DNA from: Myxococcota bacterium | GTDB lineage: Bacteria; Myxococcota_A; UBA796; UBA2385 | DNA length: 64,000 nucleotides | Direction: 5' to 3' | NCBI GenBank assembly: GCA_044344255.1 | Contig: JBIJDH010000009.1 | Location: 160,001-224,000, forward strand | Part shown: positions 1 through 9,500 of the stretch, piece after piece | Layout of the letters: each line of letters starts with the position of its first letter | Position numbering within the stretch: the stretch's first letter is position 1 | The notes under the pieces: model-generated | Told to the model about the DNA's origin: nothing | Databases searched by the model: none | The model's input: only the letters and a program-made list of their open reading frames with translations | Program-made: the position numbers and the translations under genes

Positions 1-2100
1 GAGACCGTCACGATCGTCGGTCCGGCGCTCCACCGTGTCCCCCCACAGGAGGCGGCGGCGGCCGAGCGGTCGCCCCCCGCGGACGCGGCGACCCGTGATG
101 GGGCGGCGATCACCTTGCCGGAGCCATGGTCCTTCACACCCGGAGGCGGTCCCGATCAGGTCGCCATCGCGCAGGGCGGGCTTCGGGTGGACCTGCGCCT
201 GTCCGCGCTGGTGGGGTGGGACGACCTTCGTCGGTGTGTCAAGCACCTCCAGCTCAAGATAGGACCGACGGACGACGCGTTCCACCTCGGCGAGATCGAC
301 GCCACCCTCCACACCGCCCCCGGGCCGTTGACCCTCCGCGGCGTCCACGAGATCATGGTGACCCTACGCGGGCTCACCCCTGCCTCGGGCCCGGCCTTAC
401 ACACGGGGATCCTCTCCACGACGGTCCCCTGGGTGACGCTCGAACACAGCTCCCCGCTCGCCCGCCAGGAGATCCACCTCCTCGGCTTCGCGCTCGACCG
501 GCGCCTCCAAGCAGCGGGCCAGCACCACCTCGCCAGCGGCCGTGCGGGGGCCTGGATGGCCCGATGGCGCGCCGCGAGCCTCCGTCTGGGTCTCAGCCGG
601 CCCCTGACCACGGCCGGAGCCCACCTGCTCTCCCGCGTGATCCACCTGCTGCGGGACGACATCCCCACCTTCGCGGCGCTGGTCGGGGTCGTCGACCACC
701 TGCTGCGGTACGCGGAGGGCGCGCCTCCCCCTCATGTCGTCGAGACGGACCACAGAGACCGGCCCCCGGATCCCCGCGAACAGCTCATCCACCTCCTCGA
801 CACGCTCGACGACTTTCTGTCGCTCCGCGAGCAGCGGGGCACACCGGTGCGCCGCGCGCCGAGCCCCTCCTCCCGCTTTGAGAGCCTGATCGGCTTCGAT
901 GTTTCCCGGATGGCCCTCGCGGCCGTGGTCTCGGCGGAGGCGCGCCGGCTCGGCGGGCTCACGGTGCTGATGGTGGAGGACCTTCAGGAGTTCCTCCGGG
1001 CCACACATCGCCCGAGCGGCGTCATCGAGCTCGCGGTGCCGAGGGGCTCCTACTTCCAGCCAGAGACATGGATGATCGGACACGAGCTGGCGCACGGACG
1101 CTTCCGCTCGCTGGAATACGCGAGCCTCGCCACCGATGACCGTGTGAAGACGAGCTGGGACGCCCTTTGGTCCGTTTACTCGATGCACGCACCCAAGCAG
1201 CGGCGCAAACAGCCGAGTGTCCTGCATGACCTCTTCGCGACGCTGCACCATTGCGCAACCTCCCTCGCCGCCGAGGCGGGCGACCAACAGGTGAAGCTGA
1301 TGAACGCGCTGACGACCTGCTTCGTGGAGGTGGCCGCGGACCTCGTGGGGCTCCATCAGTTCCGCATCCTCAATGAGCGGAATCGGCCAGCTTCAGCCGA
1401 AGCGCAGCGGCGCTTCTGGTGGGCGACCGGCACGCTCATGGTGCGCGAGGTCCGTGCGCAGCCGCGGGCAACCCAAGGGCCCGATCCGCTGCTGCTGCAG
1501 ACCATCCTCCGCGTCTACCTGGTGTCCATCGTACTCCGCGGCAACTCGCGCACCTTCCTCCAGCAGCGGGGCGCATGGATCACGGAGCTGTGGAGCTTCC
1601 TCGACCCCTCCAGCAGCCCGAAGCCTTCGGATCCGATCCGTCGGCGCCTCGGCTGGCTCTGCCGAGACCTCGGCTCCGACCGACCCGACGTCGCCCAGGC
1701 GCTGAGCCAGGTCCTGCTCTTCATTCAGAAGAGCGCGAGCATCACCCTGGACGCCATCACCCTCGACAAAGGGAAGGGGAGCCATGACCTGATCCGCGAG
1801 GCCCTCCGGCTCTGCGTGGCCCTCTTCGAGCGCGCCGAGTGGACGCAGATCGATCGAGAGGACGACTCCATCCGTCGCGAGCTCGCGAACCACCTGCAGC
1901 GACAGATCTCCCGGGCCGAGCCCGACCGCCCTTGGGCATCGCCGACAGACTCCTCTCCAAGCGCCGACCAGACGCCCATCCTCAATCGGGCGACGATCAA
2001 CACCCTGCTGGGCCTCGCGCACCAGACCCGCATCCACAACATCGAAGTGGTGCGCCGGTTCATCGCCGAGGTGCCGACCGCCGCAGAGGGCGCCCCCTGA
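1..2100 (+). CDS. Large hypothetical protein with HExxH zincin-like motif (5'-truncated by window)
   Basis: Frame 1 is open from base 1 to TGA at 2098-2100. Contains IGHELAHGR and a downstream FVEVAADL. Confidence 0.6.
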   Translation, partial: ETVTIVGPALHRVPPQEAAAAERSPPADAATRDGAAITLPEPWSFTPGGGPDQVAIAQGGLRVDLRLSALVGWDDLRRCVKHLQLKIGPTDDAFHLGEIDATLHTAPGPLTLRGVHEIMVTLRGLTPASGPALHTGILSTTVPWVTLEHSSPLARQEIHLLGFALDRRLQAAGQHHLASGRAGAWMARWRAASLRLGLSRPLTTAGAHLLSRVIHLLRDDIPTFAALVGVVDHLLRYAEGAPPPHVVETDHRDRPPDPREQLIHLLDTLDDFLSLREQRGTPVRRAPSPSSRFESLIGFDVSRMALAAVVSAEARRLGGLTVLMVEDLQEFLRATHRPSGVIELAVPRGSYFQPETWMIGHELAHGRFRSLEYASLATDDRVKTSWDALWSVYSMHAPKQRRKQPSVLHDLFATLHHCATSLAAEAGDQQVKLMNALTTCFVEVAADLVGLHQFRILNERNRPASAEAQRRFWWATGTLMVREVRAQPRATQGPDPLLLQTILRVYLVSIVLRGNSRTFLQQRGAWITELWSFLDPSSSPKPSDPIRRRLGWLCRDLGSDRPDVAQALSQVLLFIQKSASITLDAITLDKGKGSHDLIREALRLCVALFERAEWTQIDREDDSIRRELANHLQRQISRAEPDRPWASPTDSSPSADQTPILNRATINTLLGLAHQTRIHNIEVVRRFIAEVPTAAEGAP

Positions 2101-2104
2101 GCGC

Positions 2105-4069
2105 TCAGGGCCCGGCCAGCCAGTCGGCGAGGATCTGCTGCCCTTCTACCTCTCGCCAGAGGCAGGAGTGGGGATCGTAGTCCGTCGCGGTTGGTACACA
2201 GTCTTCCACGGTGACGTCCGGTAGGGCCAGCGAGAGCGCGTCGGTGGTGAAGTTCGGGACCTGGTGATCGCCCACCCCCTTCAAGATCCGCGCCGGCAGG
2301 AGCTCGTCGCGGGCGACGGCCATCGGATCGGAGGGGTCCATCGTCCACTGGAAGAGCGTGATCACCGGATGCAGGCGGTCGATGTTGCCCCAGGCCGCCT
2401 CGGGGAGGCCGAGGGCGGCCCCCAGCGCCGCCTGGGTGGTGACCTCCGCGGGCTCCTCGGCGCCGAAGAGCGCGAACAGCGCGGCGATGACGGCCGGATC
2501 GATGTCTCCGAGGAGGCCGGTGTCGAGGAAGTAGTGCGCGAAGACACCACCGGTCCCGGAGAGGAAGGCGGCCTCGTACCGCTCCGGCTCGGCGGAGAGG
2601 CCGAGGTTGGCGGTGACGGAGCCCATCGAGTGCCCCGCCCGGCGCAGGCGGTTGATGTCGACCGCGCCGGCCGGGAGGTAACTGTTCAACTCACCGTCCA
2701 CGACGAAGCGGAGGAGCTGGTGCCCCTCGATCGCCGTCTCCCGCTGATTGTCGCGAAAGGCGGGGAGGTTGACGATGTTGTAGAAGCCGAGCGAGTCGCC
2801 GTAACCTTCATCGATCAGAGGGTATCGACGCCCGTAGAGCGCGGCGTCCCGGCCGATCACCGCGTAGCCCGCCTCGGCGTAGACCTCGGCCACCGCGCGG
2901 CCCTGGTCGAGGCGGCTGCGGCGCTGGATGGGCTCGTAGGCGTGGCCGGCGGTGCCGTGATCCCAGAGGACCACCGGGGCGCCGTCCAGCGGCTCACCGT
3001 CTTCGCCGCGGGGGAGCGAGACGGTGATGCGCATGGTGTCGAGGTCGGGCTCCGCGGTGAGCTGGCCCCCCTCGAAGGCGATCCAGCCAGAGTACCGCGC
3101 ATAGTCGGAGACGTGCTGGAAACCCGGCTTCATGTACGGTTGATCGTCGAGGCCCGAGTAGTTGAAGACCGGGATCTCGGCCTGGTAGACCACCATCGGC
3201 CAGGTGTCATCGAGCTCGACGGTGTGGGTCCCGAGGTCGGGCTCGATGGGGCCGAGATAGGTGACCTCCGTTCGACCGTCCTCAAAGGTCGCCGTACAGA
3301 GGGTGGAGTCCTCACCGGAAGGGGTCGTGCCAACCGTGAACTCGAGGCGGATGACCCGGGTGAAGGTGACATCGCCGAAGCCACCGCGGTCGTCGATGCG
3401 CGCGTCTACGTCTCGAACGAGCTGCTGGAGCTGATCGGTGGCGTCCTGAACGGTGTAGACCGTGGCCACCGCGGCGGCCCCGCTCACATGGGCGAGCGCG
3501 AGCGCGTCCTGCACGCCATCCGGCAGGTGGTAGCCCTCCGGGGAGGCCGCGCCGGCCGAGCCCATCACCACGGCGGCCAAGGTGGCCCCCGAGCGGGGTG
3601 GGTGGCCGAGGGCGGGGGCCATCGCGAGGGTGTAGGGCGCATAGTAGGGGTCGCCCTGTGGATCCACGATGAAGCGGGTGGCGAGCGGGATGAGCTCGCC
3701 GGTGGCCATGTCGATCAGCAGCGCGGCGTCGGTGGGGAGCCCCTCCGTCTCTTCCGGCACGGAGATGAGGCCCTCGAAGCGGAAGTAGGCCGCGGTGTTG
3801 TTGCCGAAGCCCTGGGCCATCATGCCCAGGCGGGTCGCCCAGCCGGCGACGATCGGCGCCGCGATGTCCGTGCCAAAAGCCGGGTAGCCGACGAGGTCGG
3901 GCAGCCCGTCGCTCGTGCGGAGCGCGTCCGAAGGCCAGGGGGTGTCGAAGAAGCTCTCGGGCCGCGCCGGATCGACGATCGCCGGCGTGCCCACCAGGAT
4001 GTCGCCCACGTCACCCTTGTCACTCTTGCAGGCGGAGAGGAGGGCGAGGGTGACGAGGGAGGCGCGCAT
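2105..4069 (-). CDS. Lipoprotein, alpha/beta-hydrolase fold (lipase/esterase-like)
   Basis: Lipobox LLSAC, HGTAG oxyanion-like motif, GHSMG nucleophile elbow, late D (GDHQVP) and H (DPHSC). Confidence 0.75.
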   Translation of the reverse strand: MRASLVTLALLSACKSDKGDVGDILVGTPAIVDPARPESFFDTPWPSDALRTSDGLPDLVGYPAFGTDIAAPIVAGWATRLGMMAQGFGNNTAAYFRFEGLISVPEETEGLPTDAALLIDMATGELIPLATRFIVDPQGDPYYAPYTLAMAPALGHPPRSGATLAAVVMGSAGAASPEGYHLPDGVQDALALAHVSGAAAVATVYTVQDATDQLQQLVRDVDARIDDRGGFGDVTFTRVIRLEFTVGTTPSGEDSTLCTATFEDGRTEVTYLGPIEPDLGTHTVELDDTWPMVVYQAEIPVFNYSGLDDQPYMKPGFQHVSDYARYSGWIAFEGGQLTAEPDLDTMRITVSLPRGEDGEPLDGAPVVLWDHGTAGHAYEPIQRRSRLDQGRAVAEVYAEAGYAVIGRDAALYGRRYPLIDEGYGDSLGFYNIVNLPAFRDNQRETAIEGHQLLRFVVDGELNSYLPAGAVDINRLRRAGHSMGSVTANLGLSAEPERYEAAFLSGTGGVFAHYFLDTGLLGDIDPAVIAALFALFGAEEPAEVTTQAALGAALGLPEAAWGNIDRLHPVITLFQWTMDPSDPMAVARDELLPARILKGVGDHQVPNFTTDALSLALPDVTVEDCVPTATDYDPHSCLWREVEGQQILADWLAGP

Positions 4070-4156
4070 GGGGAGCTCGGGGGGGAGGGGATCGAAGGGG
4101 TGCGGGGACGGCGGGGTCGCGCAGAGGCCGATGTCAGCTCCACGGCCGGCGGCAGC

Positions 4157-5026
4157 TCAACGGCCCGTGGCGTAGGCGCCGCCCGGCTCTGGCTCGAAGC
4201 GGCCCTCGGCGAAGCGGAGGCGGCGGACGTCCGAGATGCCCTGACCATCCACTTCGTAGACGTTGAGGTGAGCGGTCCGGTCGCGGGCGGGATCGGGCGC
4301 GTAGCCGGTCGCGCCGGGATCGAGGATGGGGATGTCGCCGCCGCCCGAGGGGAGGGTGGCACGAAAGCCGTGGTGCTCGTGGCCGTGCAGGATGGCGCCG
4401 AGCCGGTCTGTGCTGGCCACCCAGCGCTCGACATCGGCGGCGTTGGACAGGGCGCGGGTCCAGGGGCCGTAGGGCTCTCCGCGTCGCCCGCGTAAGGGGT
4501 AGTGGATGCAGAGGAAGGTGAAGGCCCCCGCCGCCTCGGCGAGCAGGGCTGAGGCGGCCTCCAGCTGCGTGGGCGCGGTGTAGCCGCTCGACAGGGGGTG
4601 CGCGCGGCAGGTCTCGAGGGTGAGGAAGGCCACGTCGCCGAACCGATGGAGGTGCGGCGTGGCCGCGCCCATCCAGGGGTGGAACACCTCGCGCATCCGC
4701 GCCCCGGGGTAGGCCTCGCTCACATAGGTGTCGTGGTTGCCCGAGATCATCACCGTCGGGAAAGCGGACAACACAGGGTCGAGCAGCTGCCGGGCCTCGG
4801 CGAACTCAGCGTCAAGGGCCTGGGCGGTGAGGTCGCCGGTGATGACGACCACATCGGGCCGCTCGGCCACCGTGGTGACCACGGCGGCCTCTTGGACCAC
4901 GCGGGAGAACTTGCTGCGCCGGCAGAGCAGGTAGAGGTTGGCCGTCGAGATGAGCCGCTTGCCCAGGAGGTCAGCCGCGCGAGGGGCCGTCTGCACGTGG
5001 AGGTCGGTGAGGTGAACGATCTTCAT
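4157..5026 (-). CDS. Calcineurin-like metallophosphoesterase (Icc/CpdA-like)
   Basis: Motifs DLH, GDL, GNHD, HYP, HGHEH. Confidence 0.9.
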   Translation of the reverse strand: MKIVHLTDLHVQTAPRAADLLGKRLISTANLYLLCRRSKFSRVVQEAAVVTTVAERPDVVVITGDLTAQALDAEFAEARQLLDPVLSAFPTVMISGNHDTYVSEAYPGARMREVFHPWMGAATPHLHRFGDVAFLTLETCRAHPLSSGYTAPTQLEAASALLAEAAGAFTFLCIHYPLRGRRGEPYGPWTRALSNAADVERWVASTDRLGAILHGHEHHGFRATLPSGGGDIPILDPGATGYAPDPARDRTAHLNVYEVDGQGISDVRRLRFAEGRFEPEPGGAYATGR

Positions 5027-5084
5027 GGGTGGACCTTTCGCGTCGGCCTAACCGGCTGGGAGAGGAGCGAGGTTAGGGGGGGGG

Positions 5085-5717
5085 ATGTACCCTGATCCAC
5101 GACGCGTCCTCGAGGAGGCTGCGCAGCAGCGGGCCGCAGTGGAGATCCTCCCTCGTGGCGGCGGCCTCGTCCAGGGTCGCGTGGTGCGCATCGAGCGGGG
5201 CGGCGTGGTCGTGACCGCCCCCACGCGGCGCTTCCTCGGCGGCGAGGACGTGCGGGTCTGGCTGGCCACCGCTCGCCAGTCGTGGACCTTCGAGGCCAGC
5301 GTCATCCGGGCTGGCGTCCCGGTCCCGGACCGCAGCCAGGACGGCATCCTGCTCGGCTTCATCGACCGCTTCGCCGAGGGCGGTCTGGGCGGGCGGAGCG
5401 GTGGGCGGACGATCGAGCTCGTCCCTCCCTCTGGCCAGCCGATCTCCCTCATCTCCGAGCCGGCGCGCGTGGTCCACCTCGCCGTCGACGGGATCACCTT
5501 CACCCTCCCCTCGAGCTCGAAGCTCATCTGGGTGGAGCAGGGCACCGTGGCCATCCGCCTCGGGATCATGAATGAGGCCCCCGTGGTCGTGGCCGGGCGC
5601 ATCCGCACCCTGGCCCCGGAGGAAGGCTACCTCCTGTACGACCTCGTCTTCGAGAAGGTCGAAGATCCCGCGGCCCACCGCGCGCTCATCGAAGGCTTGA
5701 ACAAGACCCTCGAATGA
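5085..5717 (+). CDS. Hypothetical protein, possible YcgR/PilZ-like two-barrel architecture
   Basis: 210-aa ORF rich in beta-strand-like segments. C-terminal half has Rxxx R and HLAVDG in place of the PilZ DxSxxG motif (degenerate). Confidence 0.45.
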   Translation: MYPDPRRVLEEAAQQRAAVEILPRGGGLVQGRVVRIERGGVVVTAPTRRFLGGEDVRVWLATARQSWTFEASVIRAGVPVPDRSQDGILLGFIDRFAEGGLGGRSGGRTIELVPPSGQPISLISEPARVVHLAVDGITFTLPSSSKLIWVEQGTVAIRLGIMNEAPVVVAGRIRTLAPEEGYLLYDLVFEKVEDPAAHRALIEGLNKTLE

Positions 5718-5735
5718 GCCCAGGCCCCGCTGGCC

Positions 5736-6488
5736 TTAGAGCGTCCCGACCTCGTCGAGCTTCGAGCGGCCGAGCACCCGCTTCTTGTCGCCATCGACGA
5801 TGATCATCTCCTCAAAGGAGCACCCGTTCTGGCCGACGACGAGCCGGGGCTGGAGCGCAAAGAGGCCGCTCATCCGCCGGTGATTGTACCACTCGACCTG
5901 GTTGCGCCGCATCAAGGTGGCAGCGCGGGCCAGCCGGGGCCATGCAAAGGCGACGCGACCCTCGGGGGGCAAGCAGCGGTGCCCCACCGCGGTGGCGTCA
6001 CCCAGCGAGTAGCCGTGGTTGTTCGCCCACGCATGCGCGAAGACGAAGACCTCACCCGTACACTTCCAGCGGTTCGAGAAGCCGCAACAGCCGGTGACGA
6101 GCTCACGGGCCCGAGAGAGGACCTCGGGCTCGGGCCCACCGCCAAAGACGAAGGCCACGCCAAAGTCTCCGAAGGCTTCGGCGTTGCAGGGGGCCAGATC
6201 GAGCTCGACCACCGTCCCCTCGTGGAGCTCCGCCTTTCGGGAGGCCCGCAAGGGGTGCTCGATCGGCGCGTCGAAGCGCACCTCAGGCTCATGGAACCAC
6301 CCGGTGAAGCCAGCGCTCTTCGCTCGGTCGGTGAGGAGACCGACGATGTCGGCCTCACTCATCCCCTCGCGGAGCTGCGCGGCGACCGCGCGCGCGACCC
6401 CGATGGTCATGGATTGGGCGCGCTCGAAGGCCTCGAGGACCTCGGGCGCGACAGAGGGCGTGGCGGGGGTGGCGGCTTCGTCAGACAC
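5736..6488 (-). CDS. M24 (pita-bread) peptidase-like protein
   Basis: LREGMSEADI, ELDLAP...GDFG, VGH, FEEMI pattern. Start reassigned to GTG at 6488. One Glu ligand appears replaced by Gln (ALQP). Confidence 0.65.
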   Translation of the reverse strand: MSDEAATPATPSVAPEVLEAFERAQSMTIGVARAVAAQLREGMSEADIVGLLTDRAKSAGFTGWFHEPEVRFDAPIEHPLRASRKAELHEGTVVELDLAPCNAEAFGDFGVAFVFGGGPEPEVLSRARELVTGCCGFSNRWKCTGEVFVFAHAWANNHGYSLGDATAVGHRCLPPEGRVAFAWPRLARAATLMRRNQVEWYNHRRMSGLFALQPRLVVGQNGCSFEEMIIVDGDKKRVLGRSKLDEVGTL

Positions 6489-6532
6489 GGCGAGCGTATA
6501 ACTCCAGTCGGTGGGCGCGGCCCGCGGCCGCG

Positions 6533-9500
6533 TCAGCGACGCGGGGGGCGAGGGGGCAGGTCGGTGGGATCGGCCTCGCCGCCGGCCGCGGGGAGGCCGA
6601 GCGCCGGGATCGCCGACATCTGGGTGGGGCCGTCGTCCTGCGTCGAGTCCGAGAGGGGGACATGGCGCTGGTAGTCCTCCACGCTGTAGTTGTGCTCGGG
6701 GACGAAGATCTCGTCGTCCAGCCGCCGCGGCTCCATCGAGCTCTCGATCTGCCCTGACTCCTCCTCGAGGGACTCCTCTTCGGGGGACTCCTCCTCGTGG
6801 TCCAGGTCCCCTTCGCCGACGGCGATCGGGCCGGTGGGATGCTCCATCGGCGGACGCGGCGGGGCGACGGGTGGGGCGACGGGTGGGGCGACGGGTGGGT
6901 TGACAGGTGGGGCGGTCCAGACGCCGCCCTCCGAGAAGCAGGTCCATCCCCAGCGGATCCAGGAGATGAGCTGCGTGGCCAGCCAGAGGGACCAGGCGAG
7001 CATCGCCGCCTGCCAGGCGATCAGCGGCGCCGACACCATCACTGGCCGGGGGAGGGGTCCCGCGCTGCGATCGACGAACCAGCGCAGCAGGCTCGCCGAG
7101 GAGCCGTTGCCCTGGATGTCCATATCGGGGCTGCCGACGAGCCCCGAGACCACGCCGGAGACGAGGCAGAGCGCGGCGATGGGCGTGAGCAGCACGAGGC
7201 CGACCTGCACCAGCGGGCGGAGGTTCCCGCTCGGCGGGCGGCGACGACGCCAGCCCAAGGCGACGATCCACAGCACCACCACCGCCGGCACCACCACGGG
7301 CACCTGGGTCATGCCGAGGCCGAGCAACAGCCAGTCCCCCGCGCCGAGCGGGACCAAGGCTGGGGCTCCCGGCGCCGGTCGGAGCGCGCGGCCGAGCAGC
7401 AGCGCCGCTCCGACCACCACGAGCACGCTCGACCAGAACAGGGGCACCGGGCCCCAGCGCGGGCCTTGAAGGGCCAGCAGCCAGCGATCCGGGGAGGGGT
7501 GGACGGTGACCGTGACGTTGACCGCGGGGCTGCCGAGGTCGACCTCCGGCACCCGATCGACGAGCCAGCCCTCATGGTCCTGCTGCCAGCGCACGCTCAC
7601 CCGCTGGCTGCCGGGCCGGAGCGGGATCGGGAGCGAGCGCCCCCGGGCGGCGGCAGGGACCGCGACGCCGTCGATGTCGACACCCTGCAGGCGGATCCCC
7701 TCGGGGAGCGTGATCGAGAGCCGACCACCTTGGCTCGTGCGGACCTGGGCGACCAGCGTGAGCTCCGAGAGGCTCTCCCCCGGGGTGTAGGACAGCTCGG
7801 CCGCGTCCACGGTGATGACCTGCCCGGGCACCGGATCGGGGCGGCTGACCGCGATCTCCACGGCCTCTCCCGGCCATGGCCGCCACTCCGGGGTCACCCG
7901 CCCGGCCTGGACGTGGGTGAGGGGAGCGAGGCCGCCGGCCTCGGTCACACAGCGGTAGACCGGCGAGCAGGAGAGCGTCCACACCTCGGTCCAAGGGACG
8001 GCGCTGGGGGCGACGAGGCGCAGGCTGTCTGCCTCTTCGAGGGTGGACAGCCAGGTGAGGCTGTCCCGACCGGCATCGAGGGTGACGAGGGCCGCGCCGC
8101 CTTGCACCTGGATGCCCTGCTCGGTGACCGCCTCGCCCGGGAGGAGGGGCACCTTCAAGGCCACCGGGGCCCGACCGGCGCCCACCCGCACCACCTCGGT
8201 GCGCACCCGCCAGGGGATGCCGAGATCGAGGAAGCGCCGCACCTCGAGCCAGGGTGAGAGCGGATCAGCGGCCCGCGCCTCGCCCGGGGCGGCCTTCCGC
8301 GTGCGGGTGAGCTGGAACGAACGCTCCGTGCTGCCGTCTGGGCGGATGCCGTCGAGCGACCATCCGTCGCCCGCAAAGTCTGCGGAGCGCGGCAGGTCGC
8401 CGAGCTGGAGCGTGAGGGCGTCGGTGAGGGGGAGGGGGCCCTCGACGTAGACGTCGTGGACGCCCGCGGGGACGCGCAGGTAGAGGAAGCCGTCCGGGCG
8501 GCGCTGCAGGGCGACCGAAGGCTGTCCGTCGAGCAGGACGGAGGCCGGCACCCAGGTCGCGGTGGGCCCCGGGATGATCCAGGCCCCCGGGCGCGCGGCG
8601 TGGAGCTCGGCCTCGACGGTCAGGAGATCGCCGCCGTCCGGCGTGGCGGCGGAGGTGGCCCGGAAGCGAGCCGAAGAGACGGAGATGCAGTCGGGCTCGC
8701 AGTCTTCGGGGGTGGTGAGGCGGGCCTCCAGCTCGGCGAGGAGCTCAGGGCTCGGCGCGGCGGCGGCCGTGTGAGGGGTGAGCAGGCCGGTCGCGAACAT
8801 CACCAGCAGCAAACCGGAGGCGCCCTCGCGCCAGCGGGACCAGACGGAGCCCGCGCCGCCGCCGAAGCCTGCGAAGCGCAGCGTGAGGGTGAGCAGGAGG
8901 CCCACCCGCGCGAGGCCCAGCAGGAGGTTGCCGATGGGCCCGAGGAGCCAGAGGCGAGCTTCGTGGTCAGCGGACACCGGGCCGGACCAGCTGAGCTGGT
9001 GCGAGCTCCAGGACCAGCGGGGGACGCCCGGGCCCGTCTGAACGACGGCGGTGGGATCGACCTGCAGGCTGAGCTGGGCGTAGGAGCCGTCCCATCGACC
9101 CTCTCCCCCTTTACCGCCGCTCACCTTCGCCGAGCGGCTGAAGGAGCCCACCCGGTCGATGTTCACCTTGCTCTCGACGGAGGCGCCGTCCAGGCCTCCG
9201 AACGCGGCACCGCTGGGCGGCGGAGGAGGAGGAGGAGGGGCCTCGGGGACCGTAGCGGAGGCGGGCAGGACGGTAACGTCCTGCACCTCGGTGATGCCCG
9301 GGCGCTGTTCGAGATCATCTACGAGGCCTCCGCCCGGAGCGTTGGCGTCCTTCACGCCGAGCGTCAGCGGGGCGGTCAACCAGTCGAGCGAGTCGGCCTG
9401 GCTCCAGGGGCGGGAGAGGCTCGGGAAGAGCCCCGTGCGGAGCTCGTTGAGCGTGAAAGGGACGAGCACCAGCAGCACGACCAGGAGGAGGCCGCCTCGG

